In this document: positions 47,849 through 58,367 of the stretch, piece by piece | Layout of the letters: each line of letters begins with the position of its first letter | How positions within the stretch are numbered: position 1 is the stretch's first letter | Origin: Coniocarpon cinnabarinum | Taxonomy: Eukaryota | Direction of reading: 5' to 3' | Assembly: GCA_051942205.1 (NCBI GenBank) | Contig: JAVECO010000058.1 | Coordinates: 62,001 to 120,367 of the forward strand | Length of the DNA: 58,367 bases | The notes under the pieces: model-generated | Told to the model about the DNA's origin: nothing | Seen by the model: only the letters and a program-made list of their open reading frames with translations | Databases searched by the model: none | Position numbers and translations under genes: made by a program

Positions 47849-48648
47849 GGTCCGACCGGATTCTGCTCGAGGGGCCCTGACCAAGGGCGAAGTAGAATTA
47901 TGACCGATGAGAGCGCCAGTGAGGCCGGAGAGCTTGTTGCGAGACGCCTACTGATCGCCAAGGGTTCGGCAATCAAGACTGGAGTAGTTTCGCACTTAAG
48001 GATGGTAGATCATCCCCGAGCTGAATACAAAGGGTGACAAGCAAAGCAGAAATTGGGTCGGCTCTGGGATACAGCAAGCAAGACAAAGATACGTAGCGTC
48101 AGCGGAACCCGTTTGCAATGCGTGCGAAACTCGTCGAGTGCGAAGAGATAGTGGTGTAAAAGTAGATCTGCTGACGAAGGTCTTGACATTGGCATGTGGT
48201 TGGCCCCTGGGAACATTTTTGGGCAGGGTATGCGGTGAATCTCCCGAAACGCACTGTGCCCATATCACCGTCCCTGCCGTGTTGCAGTCATGGGTAGGAG
48301 AAAATAATCCTGGGGGTAGTCTTGAATTAAATCGAAGACTTGAAGTAGTATTTATTAATGCTCTCGATGTGAACATAGCCTCGCGCTATTAAGGGACTCT
48401 TGTAAAGCTCCTAGTACAAGTACAATAGCGCTTTTCGCACTCAGATACAGAAGGAAGAAAAGCTGAGGGTATCATATGCTAATCACCACCTCGCAAAGCA
48501 CCATCGCAAGCGTCCTACCTCGCCGCACAAAGCCTGCGACATGAAGCAGCATCGTCGAACAAGCCATTTGCATCTCAGAGCCCCAAACGCCCATTTTACA
48601 CGCCGTGAAGCTTGGGAAACGCTTAGAAACGATCGCCTTCACACCATC

Positions 48649-50747
48649 TCACTGCATTTGAAATGGAGGCATTCCGGGAGGCGGGAACCCGCTGAATCCG
48701 CCGGGTGGAGGATACCCGTTAAATGGCATTGGCGGCGGATAAGTCATCGGCATTGGTGCCTCTTGCATTGGCGGAGGCATCATGGGTTGTTCCGGTTGAT
48801 ATGGCGGGAACGGGTTCGGGTTGTAGCCCTGAGGCGGGCCTCGATGCTGGTTACCATGATGGCTCCGATCACGACCATCCTGGCCGCGATTGTGACTATT
48901 GTTGTTATTGTTGTTGTTGTGTCGACGATTTGAATGCTGTTGTCTTCCTCTCTGTTGCTGTTGCTGTTGATTGACCTTGAGCGAGATTGCTTTCGATGAG
49001 ACTCCGGCACCGATTTCAATGTCAGGCTCCTCCATGACTTGTCCATGGCTTATATCCGCTCCACCTGTACCGCCAAAATCTGCAGAGAGGATCCATCGTC
49101 TATCTGCATCGGTAAGACGGTCGATGGGAATGACGCTAACACCTTGGTCATAGTTGCAGCACTAATGAAGAGTGGTCAGCATGTTTCGTCTCCTGGTCTT
49201 GGGGCTGCACATACCTCTCGAGGACCAAAGCCGACGCCCCACTTCGTAGATCGTGCTCTTGAGAGCATACTTTGGTCTTGCGTTGCGTCCATCTCCGTCT
49301 TGGCTCTTACCGATTCGTCGCGCGTGTACATCTTCACGAAAGCATGCCGTTTGTTGGGTTGGCAAATGACCGACTGGACGTTTCCGAATCGGCTGAAAAC
49401 CTCGCGAAGCTCAGACTCTCCGCAAGTCGTGCCTCCCACGAATAGTGTGCGACTCAGCACTTTGATGTGGTTCGGTGGCAAGGTTGGATCGAAGTCGACC
49501 CACTTGGCACCACCATCTGGTGCAGGATTGCGTGGGGGACTGCGTTGCCGATATGGTTCGTATGTTGGACTACCCCTGCGAATGGGGGAGCGACTGCGAG
49601 CTCGAGGTGGGGACGGTCTCTTCTCTTGTGGCGGGATTGGTAAGGGAGCGGGGTGCTGCGAAGGTGGCTGAGTTTGCGCGCTTTGTTGATCAAGCGCCTT
49701 GATAACATCACCCCACTGTCCGGATGGGACGCCCATAGTGACGAGCTGTTGAAGTACTTGCAAATAATGAGCGGTCTTGTCTGGATCTGTCAAAGCATGT
49801 TGCGGAAGAACATTCGCCAGGGCAGCGAGGCCCTCTTGTGGCAGTCCGGCGGGAGGTGCAGAAGCCGTGGAATTTGTGGAGGCAGGGGCCGCTTGCGCCG
49901 GAGGCTGAGGCTGAGGCTGCGTCTGAAGAATACTGATTGCAGGCATCGGTGGGTTTCTCTGCTCAGTGTGTCCATTGGCGACACTTGCTGCAGCTTGAGT
50001 TGGGGGTGTAGTATCGGCAGGCTTCTCGAGCTCTGGTGAGGGTTCTGCGAATCAACCCTTGTCAGTCAAAGTCGAGTGTAGGTTGCAGTGCAGAACATGA
50101 CCACTTACGCTTCTTGGGGCGGTTGGCAACCTTCAGTTTGAAATCAGATACCATCGGCGACGGGAAAGTGCTTCCTCTCTCCCAAATGTCTACGAGTTTG
50201 CCAATTTTCTCCTGGTTAGAAATCAGTATTGGATTGTGTTACTAGCATAGCTTTTATCACCAGTGTCAAGGCTAATATGCAGAGCACCCAGGACGGCTTA
50301 CCATTTGATCATCGGGGGCTTGAGCAATGAGGTCGCTCATCATTGTAGGCAGCAGCTCGCTTATCCTATTCACGCCTGCAGCATACGTGCCATCCGTCGA
50401 TTCGCTCGCCTTGACATTTTGGCCAGCAGCACTTCCTCTTTCAATCCACTGGCGAGCCACAGAGTCTACAGCATACAACACGCCGAGCTTATGGGTAGCA
50501 GGGGTACGCTTGAAATGAGCGAAGATCTTTTGGATGATGACAGACTCAGACTAGATGGGGTATAAAGATTAGCGCTATTGCCTATTGGGTGGTTGAAGGA
50601 TCGCAAAGACGAAGCCGTGTCCGTGTTTACCTTCACATTATCAACAGCGAGTTGAGTGATTGACTGTATTCTTCCTTTGGTAACTCCAGGGGGCTTCAAT
50701 GTGAGAAGCGCCTGCAGCGACGCGTCTAATTCAGCAATAGCTGCCAT
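48649..50747 (-). CDS. NRD1: RNA-binding transcription termination factor Nrd1/Seb1 (CID plus RRM); multi-exon
   Basis: LKPPGVTKGRI...THKLGVLYAVDSVARQW (CID); IKVLSRTLFVGG...HAFVKM...WGVGFGPRE; EEPDIEIGAGVSSKAIS; Q/N/P-rich tail. Confidence 0.93.
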
Positions 50748-51595
50748 TACGAGAAAGTCGTTCGATTACAGCAATTACTAGAAAGTATTTGCGACTTAAT
50801 GAACTAATCCCACGCAATGGTCCTCCTTCACTGAGGAGTAGTCGACCGAACTATCGTTACGTCCAGAACAAAGACGAGGCGGCACCAAGCTTAGTGAGTG
50901 GGAAGTGATGGATGAGAGCGGTCGTTGGCGCAGTTGACAAGGGGTAGGCTCGAAGCAGAGCGCGCTTTCCAGACGTCGGATCTTATGACGTTCACTACTG
51001 AGCGCGAGGTCGTGGAAACGAACGACTGTTGTTACTTCACGGGTGCAGTTGTCGTCGAATGTCAATGGCGCTGCGCGCAACGAGCTGGGAAAAACAAGAA
51101 GGGATAGTAGAGATGATAAAAGTTGACGTTGCAAAAAGTTGGGAGGCTTTAAGAACGGAGCACGGGAAGGGTTGACGAACGGTTTTCAGCCTTACGAAGC
51201 AACACAGTCAAGGGCTGAGAAGAAATTTTGTGGCACCTATAACCATGCCACGGTGACCTCGGGATGCTAACACTTCATTGCTTCTTCGTTAAATGGGCCG
51301 GTAAGAGACCGAAGCCAGCTCGGGAGGCTGACATCTGCTCCTCAAGTGAACCGCGCAGTCCGATCAGGTCATCGACGAGGGCAACGGGCAGCCCCATATT
51401 ACCGAAGCGTTGCGGATGGTTTGCTGAGAGACCTAGTGCGAAGCGGAATTTCTTTCGCCGGGGTCAAAGCTTCCAGTCGTTGCAGCTCACACTGCTTTGC
51501 ATCCTCGCTCAGTACTTGCGCTTCTTCCTCTCCCAACAATTGCCTCTTGAATCCTCGCTGTCCTCGACATCTGGCCAAGGCGCACTCCCCACACC

Positions 51596-53303
51596 ATGGC
51601 CACTTCTTTGCGCCTCGGTAGTACCCTTCTGCGCTCCTCTCTCCGAACGACGTCTTTTAGAGCCGCCGGCTACAACTCGTTAAGGTGTTATTCTGCCGGC
51701 AAAAGCCAAGTGGGTTTCAAATGCCCCACAATTACATTGGCATTCCTCGCTGATCTTGGGACTAGTCCCTCAAAGACACATTCGCCGACAAGCTTCCCGG
51801 CGAAATAGAAAAGATCAAGAAATTAAGAAAGTACGTCGACGTGCGATTATCTCCCCCGGCCAGCGCGGACACTTATACGTAACATATAGAGAGCACGGCA
51901 ATGACGTCGTTGGTCAAGTCACCCTTGATCAGGTCTACGGCGGCGCCCGTGGCATCAAGTCTTTAGTTTGGGAAGTATGACAGACTTACTTCTCCCGCAA
52001 CTCATTGACCATATTCACCCTGTTGCAGGGCTCAGTGCTGGACTCCGAGGAGGGCATTCGCTTTCGAAACAGGACTATACCTGAATGTCAGCAGCAACTA
52101 CCAAAAGCGCCGGGCGGGGAGGAACCCTTACCCGAGGGTCTCTTCTGGCTGCTGTTGACAGGCGAGGTTCCTTCTGAACAGCAAGTTCGCGACTTGTCAG
52201 CCGAGTGGGCTGCTCGATCGAACCTCCCGAAATTCATCGAAGAGCTGATCGACCGCTGTCCGAGTGACCTGCACCCGATGGCTCAATTCTCACTCGCAGT
52301 GACGGCGCTCGAGCATGAGTCCTCCTTTGCGAAAGCGTACGCCAAGGGAATGCCGAAGAGCGAGTACTGGCAGCACACTTTTGAGGACTCGATGGACCTC
52401 ATTGCTAGACTCCCGAACATCGCAGCAAGAATATACCGTAATGTATACAAGGTAAGTCGGTATCGCTACATGAACATGCCTGAAGATGAGGTGTGATATT
52501 CGAAGCATCTTTCTTGCTGTTACGGTATCATCCGAAATCAAGCAAGCAATACTGACGGCTCTTTCCCACAGGATGGCAAGGTCGCTCCCGTCCAGAAAGA
52601 CCAGGACTATGGTTTCAATTTGGCCAACATGCTCGGCTTCGCGGAGAACAAAGACTTTGTCGAACTCATGAGATTGTACTTGACGATTCACTCAGACCAC
52701 GAAGGTGGCAACGTATCCGCTCACACCACGCATTTGGTCGGTTCTGCATTGTCCTCGCCGATGCTGTCGCTCGCCGCTGGGCTCAATGGGCTTGCTGGAC
52801 CTTTGCATGGCCTTGCTAACCAGGAGGTCCTCAACTGGCTTCAGAAGATGAAGGCCAGTGTGGGCAGCGATCTCAGTGATAACAACATTAAGGATTACCT
52901 GTGGTCAACCCTCAAATCAGGTCAAGTAGTACCTGGATATGGCCACGCCGTCCTTCGCAAGACCGACCCACGTTATGTTTCGCAACGCGAGTTTGCCCTG
53001 CGCAAGCTTCCGGAAGACCCGATGTTCAATCTTGTCAGCCAGGTCTATAAGATTGCGCCAGGTGTTCTTACTGAGCACGGCAAGACGAAGAACCCGTATC
53101 CAAATGTGGACGCTCACTCAGGAGTGCTGCTTCAATACTACGGACTGACAGAGCAGAACTTCTACACAGTCCTCTTTGGTGTGTCACGAGCCATTGGTGT
53201 GCTGCCTCAGCTGATCATAGACCGTGCCGTTGGCGCTCCTATCGAACGGCCCAAGTCTTTCAGCACTGAGGCCTGGGCCAAGCAGGTTGGCGCGACATTG
53301 TAA
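51596..53303 (+). CDS. CIT1: Mitochondrial citrate synthase; multi-exon
   Basis: Presequence [81 protein letters not shown]. Confidence 0.97.
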
Positions 53304-53699
53304 AAGTGGTAGCGTTCAGGAACAAGGTCATCGGAGTTGTCTTCATTCACATGTGACTGGCTATTGGTTATTGTCGATCTGTTTTACTAGACGAGAATCA
53401 ACCATTCGATTTGCATACGTAATTGTTGTTTATAGTTCCCGTGTCTTTGAGCTATTCCGTGGTGATAGATGTTCATTTACCTAAAGATTCGTCTTTCTGT
53501 GGCAGCCGACCTCGAAATTCTTTAGAAAATCCCGAAAAGAGCGAAGTAGAGAGAATTAATTCAGGTCAGTGTCACAATGTCTCAAGGGGACACTTTGCTT
53601 ATGCACGAGCCTAGCTCCCCTAAGCTCGAACCTCACTTCGCTGTGTACGTCTTTGCTCTGCACGCCGCTGCCGCATCTCCACTCCACACATCATTGAAG

Positions 53700-54503
53700 A
53701 TGTCCGGCAGAATAGTCACACAAAGCCTGCGCTCCACGGCGGCTCGGGTCACACCATTACCACGTATCGCGTTCCGCGGCTATGCAACAACTACGGATAC
53801 AAAACCACCGGTCGCATTGTTCGGTATAGATGGAACATATGCCAGTGCTCTCGTATGGGAACATGATAAGTCTCAACTACTAGATGAGAGAAGCCACTGA
53901 CACGATGACCCAGTACACCGCTGCTGTCAAATCTTCAACTCTCGATTCTGTGGCCTCTGGCTTGAGCGCTCTGCATAACGATTTCCAGCGAGACACCAAG
54001 CTACCTCAAATCATTCAAGCGCCGTCTCTCTCTGATTCGGACAAATCCACCCTTGTCAATGAGCTCGTCAGGGTCGCGGGTGTCACCGGCGACGGTCAAA
54101 AAACGTTTTCGAATTTTCTGCAGACCATCAGCGACAACAACCGTATGGGGGTGTTGCCTGGCGTGGCGGAGAAGTTTGGTCAATTGATGAGTGCAGCGAG
54201 GGGCGAGGTGGAGATGACCGTTACGAGCGCGGCGCCTCTGGATGCAAAGGTCGTGCGGCAATTGGAGACGGCTGTGAGCAAGAGTCGGTTTGTAGGTGCT
54301 GGGAAGAAGTTGAAAGTAGTGACCAAGGTTGGTGAAATACTTCACGGTCTCTGAGCTTTCCCCTTCAACAACGCTGACGAGAGATCTAGGTCCAGCCAGA
54401 TATCCGCGGGGGCCTCGTCGTCGAGGTAGGAGACCGGACGATTGACCTTTCGGTCTCGGCAAGAATGGTGCGGATGAACAAGCTCCTTCAGGATTCTCTG
54501 TAG
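53700..54503 (+). CDS. ATP5: Mitochondrial ATP synthase OSCP subunit (subunit 5); 3 exons
   Basis: MSGRIVTQSLR...KPPVALFGIDGTYASAL/YTAAVK...VEMTVTSAAPLD...LKVVTK/VQPDIRGGLVVEVGDRTIDLSVSARMVRMNKLLQDSL*. Confidence 0.95.
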
Positions 54504-54735
54504 ATTATGGATTGCCTTGGCACACCAATGGAACACTTACCTTGTACTGTCACATGTTGGATCGATCGCCCTAGCCTTATCACTTCTTGGCACGCTCTTC
54601 CCGGTTCCCTACGAGACGAAAATTGTTGTCATCCACCTCTCACCTCGCAGCCCTGTCCTCGGCGACTTCCCTGCCTTGCCCGAGGGCATGCTAAGCCTGC
54701 ATGTCGTTATATTTGTAAAGATTATGGCTCCCTCC

Positions 54736-55137
54736 ACAGACGGTTGACTCAGTTGGCTCGCTGGCAGTTCACTTCCAGCTCATGCTAACAAAGAAACTCT
54801 AGTTCGAACCCCAGTCGCCTAGCGACCCTCACTCTTCTCCCCTACACTTTAATTAGTTAGCTTATATAAAAACTCCATCATGTATCTAACCCCTTAATTA
54901 ATAAAAAGCAAAAAAAAAAAAAAAGGCAAAAAAAAAAAAAAGGAGAAAAAGAGAAAAAGAGAAAAAGAGAAAAAAAAAAAAAAAAAAAAAAAAACCGCAA
55001 CATATTAAAAAGGAAAAAAAAGAAAAAAGAAAAAGGCCATCAAAAAAAAAAAAAACCTAAAAAGCTTTAAAAAAATATTAGGTATGTCTATCCCCCTCCC
55101 TCAGCGAGCCAACGAGTCAACCGTCTGTTTTTTTTTT
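54736..55137 (+). ncRNA. Candidate Pol III-type non-coding element (or tRNA-derived SINE/MITE-like insert) with terminal inverted repeat
   Basis: 54736-54763 is the reverse complement of 55102-55128 with one bulge. Box A-like TGACTCAGTTGG (54745), box B GTTCGAACC (54802), A-rich core, T10 at 55128-55137. Confidence 0.45.
54900..55076 (+). repeat. Poly(A)/A-rich low-complexity tract including (GAGAAAAA)n
   Basis: Several long A runs interrupted by GC, GGC and GAG, directly visible. Confidence 0.95.
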
Positions 55138-55884
55138 GTCTTAAAATTTCTCCTCTCTCCTCTCTTCCCCAGAGCCGTCTTCTATTCCTTTATGTGTCTC
55201 TTTGTAATTGCAAAATCTAGTTAAAGCTCAAGGTCTCTAGATGCAAAACGCAGCTTGCGCCTTTTTTTGGTAGTCGATATGTAAAATACAAGAGAAATTT
55301 CTTCGCGCGCTCAGAGTATATGCTCGTCTTTAGAAGAAAGAAGAAAAAGCCGATCGTTGATATTCACGCATAGCTTTAGCAACAAATCGATGTTCTACTG
55401 ATTGTCGCAATAGGGCCTGTCAAGGTTGATTACTTCTAGGATAGTTGTCAGATCGCTTCACTAGTAGTAATCTTGGGACGCTCTAACCGCATTCCTATTG
55501 CGATCCATCGCGGGTTCGAGACGAGCATGGCCATCTTACTTTGGCACTTTCTGCTCTGCGCACGGACTGAATGATGATTACCAGGGGCCGGATAGTCGTC
55601 GAGTCCAATTGTATAAGGAGAGTTCATCAATTCCCAAAACCGTAGTCATCGATTTCAATATCTCATAATGATTGAGGAGTTCCTCAGAAAGAAATGTTTT
55701 CATCGCTCTAGCAACCACGGTGCTAGAAATGTCTCATCCCATTCTACCGCCTTGCTTTATGCATTACTTGTATCGTACAGCGCCATTGCCCAATCACTCC
55801 ATTCGCTTAGCCTCGACAGTTTGCGCTAAGATGCCATGCCTTTTATTATCATACCTAAGTCCTCAAAACGGACCACGTTGCTTC

Positions 55885-56839
55885 TCAGAGATAGTCCTTC
55901 TTCCGACCCGTCCTCGTGTAAGAGCTCAGATGCCACTCCTTCTCCCCATCCTTCTCCGCCAACGTCCCACTCCGTACCTCAAACAGGCGCATCGTCATCC
56001 TGGGCCCAATCTCCGCGAGCACGACATCCTGCCTCCCATTCCTCACAAAGGCATGCTGTCTCACCTCCACTGCGTCCTCGATATTCCTAAACGTCACGAT
56101 TCGCCCGTCCTTAGGCGTCCGCCCAGACACGCTCTGAGGCGGAAAGATGTGCTTCAGGATTTTGACAACGCGCTCCCCAAGCTTCGTGGAGAAACCTTCA
56201 AAGATGAGATGCGGGTAGACTTCGTTGACGGTGCCGATGTCCGTGCCGTTCACGGCGGCGACTTCCTTGCGGAGGAGGACGTTGTGCAGGCTGAAGCTTG
56301 CGGTGGGACCATGTGGAAGGTGGGAGATTGTAAGTGCAGTGGGAGTGCCGCGGTGCTCATGGAGCATCACGACATCAGTGAAGCCGCTAGACTGAGCGCT
56401 GTTTACGAGATCCTCGAGAATGAGGTTGCCGCGGTTCGGTGCTACAGCTGTGGGCAGCATAAGTCGCACTTCCTTGCTAAACGTCCGTAACCGCGAACTT
56501 GGATCTCGCGCGGTCATGACGAGGATGCGTGGGTCTCGAATTCCAGATAATGCAGCGTACTCGTCATCGAGATCAAGCTCGTTCTCGGCGGTGCGGTCGG
56601 CGATTGATTCGTCATACTTGAAGTCCTTTCGTAGGTCGGTGTCATTGGCGATGGAGGGATCGAGAGGCTTGCCGGTGGCGAGTGATGATTTGAGAACGGC
56701 GCGTTTGCGGGCGGTTTCGGCATCTTTGAGTGTGAGTGCGCGGCGGTAGAGATAGTCTCGCCGTTGTCGGGCTTGTTTGCGCTTGAAGGTGTCAATACTG
56801 CAGAAATTTCTTTTGACATCTATATGCACTTACTATCAT
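55885..56839 (-). CDS. IMP4: U3 snoRNP protein Imp4 (Brix domain); 2 exons
   Basis: Exon 1 MI + GTAAGT intron (56782-56833); RKQARQRRDYLYRRA, LDDEYA, DPRILVMTARDPSSRL, LHEHRGTP, SHLPHGPT, EIGPRMTMRLF. Confidence 0.95.
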
Positions 56840-57152
56840 TGCAAAGACGCTTCAACGGCGACGTCGAGGGACTGAGATACGCCTGTACCTACAAAGCAAC
56901 CTAGAGGTTATGTGTTGATCTATCAATTATTTTGCGAAATTTCATGTGACAACGTGACGTATACAAAGGTACGGATTTCTAGCGTACACACTTGTAAAGA
57001 ACTTGCAAGCTTCCATTGCTCCTCCAGCGGAGCCTCAGGCACCCGACTGTTGACTATAGAAAATACACAGAGTCAACCTACCTCCGTTATTCATTTGGCG
57101 AGTGCCAGCAAAGACATTCGGACACACAAATATCCTCGACAAATCGTGAAAG

Positions 57153-58367
57153 ATGGGACGCGACCCACTCATTGCCCTTGTCGGCAAGCCCTCCTCCGGC
57201 AAATCCACCACGCTCAACAGCCTCAGTGACGCAAGCTCAAAAGTAGGTAAGTCCCAGAATAGCCGCCAATGCTAGCGATTGTTAACGCCGCCGCGCAGGC
57301 AATTTCCCTTTCACGACCATCGACCCTCAGCGCGCCGTAGGCTACGTCCAACTCCCATGCGCCTGCGCCCGCTTCAATGTCTCCCACCGCTGTCGCCCCA
57401 ATCATGGCTCTTGTATCGACGGCAAACGCTCCATACCCATTGAGCTGCTCGATGTAGCCGGTCTCGTCCCAGGCGCGCATGAAGGCAAGGGTCTTGGCAA
57501 CAAATTCCTCGATGATCTGCGACAGGCCGATGCGCTTGTGCATGTGGTCGACGTGAGCGGGACTACGGACGCAGAGGGCAAGGCTACACGTGGATATGAT
57601 CCCAGTCATGATATCGACTGGTTGAGGCACGAGATTGTGCAGTGGGTCTATGGCAACCTCATGCAGAAATGGGGTGGGATTAAGAGGAGACACGTCGCTG
57701 TTAAGGCTACGGCGGTGGAGAGTCTGCAGACGCAATTCAGTGGATACGGCGCCAATCGCGAGATCGTGCAGAGAACTCTGGACAGGGCGGCTCTGAAGAC
57801 CCCCTTACAAGACTGGGATGATGAGACCGTTCTCAAGGTCGTTCACGCCTTTATGGACGTCAAATTCCCCACCATACTAGGTCAGTCACAGTCCATCATT
57901 TTCCCAGTCCCAACACTGCCAAAGGCTCAAGCACGAGAGAGCACAAGCACTGACCTCCTATAGCACTCAACAAAATCGACCACCCCGATGCCGACGCCAA
58001 CATCTCCCGCATAGCGAAAGCGCACCCACCGCAAAACCTCGTCCTCTGCTCCGCGATCTCCGAAGTCTTCCTCCGCCGCCTTGCAAAACAACACTACATC
58101 CGCTACACGGAAGGGGCCGAATACCTCGACACGCGACAAGATCTGCTCGACGACGGCGACAGCACGGGCGGGGGCCTCAAAGAATTAGACGACAAGCTGG
58201 CGACGCGGCTCGAGAATCTCAAGGACATGGTCTTGTATCGATTTGGAAGCACAGGGGTTGTGAGTGTGCTTGCGCGAGCGGCGGACGTGTTGGGGTTGGT
58301 CCCTGTTTTTCCGGTGAGGAATGTGCATTCTTTTTCGAGTGGTGGGGGAGGGGGCACGGCGAGGGAT
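57153..58367 (+). CDS. Obg-family GTPase, YGR210C-like; multi-exon, truncated by the window end
   Basis: [71 protein letters not shown]. Confidence 0.9.

Noticed and set aside
48895..48972. (TTG)n/(CTGTTG)n microsatellite
   Set aside because: Encodes the ordinary poly-N and poly-Q low-complexity tail of Nrd1.
54736..54826. Functional tRNA gene
   Set aside because: Box A and B are present, but the D, anticodon and T stems do not pair into a cloverleaf.
55672..56490. 272-aa plus-strand ORF
   Set aside because: Antisense to the clearly conserved IMP4 CDS, with no recognisable motifs.

Overview
Gene-dense, intron-containing eukaryotic DNA from a filamentous ascomycete (Pezizomycotina): short GT-AG introns with CTRAY branch points and typical fungal orthologs. 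About 30 protein-coding loci can be supported. Most are conserved housekeeping genes: a signal-anchored glutaredoxin-like gene (partial), eIF2D/TMA64, THEM6-like thioesterase, CTL/PNS1-like transporter, Rab2, I9 inhibitor, PCF11, PhoD-like phosphatase, MOB1, GH63-like/YMR196W, NFU1, zf-HIT, TKL1, SPE3, YHM2, NRD1, CIT1, ATP5, IMP4 and a YGR210C-like GTPase (partial). Two accessory-looking stretches interrupt them. The first (~18.9-25 kb) has a decayed secreted gene, an orphan USP, two small secreted proteins and an orphan TQT-repeat protein. The second (~27.7-33.4 kb) has a PTH11-like receptor, a Cys-rich secreted protein and degenerate repeats. The most notable observations are: (1) a ~400-nt element at 54.7-55.1 kb with Pol III box A/box B, a 27-bp terminal stem, an A-rich core and a T10 run; (2) an orphan protein starting with a LANA/IL-33-like MRLRSG motif followed by four LC8-type TQT motifs, beside an orphan deubiquitinase carrying an NLRPR motif; (3) a 704-nt MOB1 intron open in frame with exon 2; (4) an intron-split SPE3 start codon that reads ATG-TGA if unspliced. 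All calls are by eye from recalled family motifs; no searches were run.
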